From the NCBI GenBank assembly GCA_036386995.1, contig DASVUO010000306.1:1-37601 (forward strand): DNA of 37,601 bases, read 5' to 3'. Positions within the stretch are counted from its first letter, which is position 1. The number at the start of each line of letters is the position of its first letter. Of this stretch, positions 36,256 through 37,601 are shown piece after piece. The DNA is from Allosphingosinicella sp. GTDB taxonomy: Bacteria > Pseudomonadota > Alphaproteobacteria > Sphingomonadales > Sphingomonadaceae. The notes below the pieces were generated by a model. That model made no database searches. It saw nothing but the letters and a program-made list of their open reading frames with translations, and was not told the origin of the DNA. A program made the translations under genes and the position numbers.

Positions 36256-36338
36256 TCGGGCGATCTTGCGGGGTGGCGAACCAGTTCGCAATAGGGGTTT
36301 GGTTGCCGCTACCGGTTATTTCAGCAGCGGGTTACACA

Positions 36339-36734
36339 TTAGACGTGCCCAGATGCGTGTGCCTGGCAGAGCGCAATCAGCTGCGGATCAACGCCTTCTG
36401 CCTTTTCGACAAGCAGCACGTGGGCAAACCCACTGTCGTCGAAGATGAACACCACCTCGAAGCAGAAGCCATGATCCTCGATCCACTCCCACGCGGGGGT
36501 GAAGTCAGGATCGCCAAAGCGGCTGCCGTCGATGGGGTTCTGTAAGGGTGAAAAGCTGAAAGCCTGCTCGACCGTCGTGAGGGTGTCGTTCGGCTGGACC
36601 ACAACGAAGCGGGCATGGCCGGTGATGCTGCCGCCGAGCTGATCGCGGCGCTGGCTAAGGAGGTGCCTGAGTCGAGGGTCTAGGGGTGTGCTGAGGGCGC
36701 GCAAAAGCGACGGCCCATCATTGATGGACAGCAT
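36339..36734 (-). CDS. Hypothetical protein, paralog B
   Basis: GGAG RBS before ATG 36734; shares VVQ..DT, FSPL.NPID, FG.P.F.P.W, DH, GFA.VL and AEGVDPQL with paralog A. Confidence 0.8.
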   Translation of the reverse strand: MLSINDGPSLLRALSTPLDPRLRHLLSQRRDQLGGSITGHARFVVVQPNDTLTTVEQAFSFSPLQNPIDGSRFGDPDFTPAWEWIEDHGFCFEVVFIFDDSGFAHVLLVEKAEGVDPQLIALCQAHASGHV

Positions 36735-36890
36735 GGGATGCTCCATGTGGTGGGTGTCTCCCGCTCAGGGGAGGAAGCTCAGCGGAGCTTCATATAAGAT
36801 ACCCACTCCGCCGTGCTATCCGAGATGCTGTTCGCCTCGTTCCACGCGCCCGCAGCACCCTAACTGCTGCGGTGCGATCACTCTCGGCCG

Positions 36891-37601
36891 TTAGATAAGC
36901 GCTGACTGCGCCCTGTGATGCTGCACCACCGCATGGGGAGCATCACTTCGAAGAAAATCTGAAAAGGTGAGGAGTGCTACATCCCTTAGGTGATCTGGTG
37001 GTACAGAAAGTCGCCCATAGTGTATACTTGCCACAGCCTTTATCAATATCCTAATTGCAAAGGCAAACACATGGCCAACGCAAAAGCGCAATGCGTCTTT
37101 GGGAGGGCCAGTGTGAGGAGTCATCGGTTTTTTGATTTTACTCCGAGCCTCTCCGACTAACTTAATCAACTCCGTTCTCACGATAGAAGGCTTTCCAGAA
37201 ACAGGATCGGATGCGATGACGCGGCCTGGCGCCCGACGCGGCAGTACGGATGATCCAGAACAAAGTGCGTAAAAGTCGGCGTGAGTGGCACGTTTTAAGG
37301 TGACATCCAGCTCAGCTAGATCGATCTCAAATTGATCCCTAACCTCCTGTGGGGCTATGCCGCAGTGGCACAAGGTACAATAAACTCTTTCCAGATTCCC
37401 GGAAGCATATACCTCGTTCTCCCAGCTATATCCGTGAGAGTATAACACCCTACGGTCATCGATCTTTCTTCCCCGGAAGTCGTCGTAATCTGAGTCCATT
37501 GCCACCAAGGTATCTTCAATATCCCTTTCTAAGATATCCCTAGCGAGACGTTCTAAGATGGGTTTTCCTCCCCGTGGAGTGAGCTTGACGCTGATGTCTG
37601 G
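36891..37601 (-). CDS. DUF4435 / TOPRIM-like nuclease, 5' end beyond the right edge
   Basis: Frame is open to the window edge: ...LTPRGGKPIL...VAMDSDYD...GYSWENE (GGK, DxD and YSxEN motifs). Clearly AT-richer than flanks. Confidence 0.72.
   Translation of the reverse strand, partial: PDISVKLTPRGGKPILERLARDILERDIEDTLVAMDSDYDDFRGRKIDDRRVLYSHGYSWENEVYASGNLERVYCTLCHCGIAPQEVRDQFEIDLAELDVTLKRATHADFYALCSGSSVLPRRAPGRVIASDPVSGKPSIVRTELIKLVGEARSKIKKPMTPHTGPPKDALRFCVGHVFAFAIRILIKAVASIHYGRLSVPPDHLRDVALLTFSDFLRSDAPHAVVQHHRAQSALI

Larger units (their letters stand above)
20498..37601. mobile_element. Integrative element / genomic island at tRNA-Thr, extending beyond the right edge
   Basis: att fragment at left, tyrosine integrase, VapE ATPase, visibly lower GC than the pectin locus, accessory cargo. 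Confidence 0.75.

Noticed and set aside
1-37601. CRISPR array, rRNA or IS transposase
   Set aside because: No regularly spaced repeats, rRNA-like sequence or transposase motifs seen.

Overview
GC-rich alphaproteobacterial DNA (gene set and style suggest Sphingomonadaceae) in two parts. (1) 1-20.2 kb is a pectin/hexuronate utilisation locus: Tat carboxylesterase, kdgK, kduD, kduI, uxaC, LacI regulator, uxaA, mannitol-dehydrogenase-family reductase, FAH-family enzyme, ExuT-like MFS, TauE permease, kdgD, PL1 pectate lyase, CE8 pectin methylesterase and a large TonB-dependent receptor. Six copies of a TGACACCGGT operator sit at its promoters. It ends in a deletion scar joining a GH28 remnant to a serine-recombinase remnant. 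(2) From a tRNA-Thr(CGT) 3' fragment at 20453-20497 (att site) to the right edge lies a lower-GC integrative element. It has a tyrosine integrase, a VapE/VirE ATPase plus a free paralog of its N-terminal domain, a pair of paralogous small genes, structured non-coding segments and a partial DUF4435/TOPRIM gene. Its most notable cargo is a six-gene module: ECF sigma, FecR, signalling TonB receptor, a secreted FG-GAP protein whose only cysteines are a vicinal Cys-Cys pair, a stand-alone DsbD-alpha-like protein and a DsbD/ScsB-like protein. A shared 31-bp promoter motif precedes the sigma and receptor genes. This looks like a signal-induced envelope thiol-reduction system and is the best candidate for an undescribed system. 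All calls are by eye; no searches were run.
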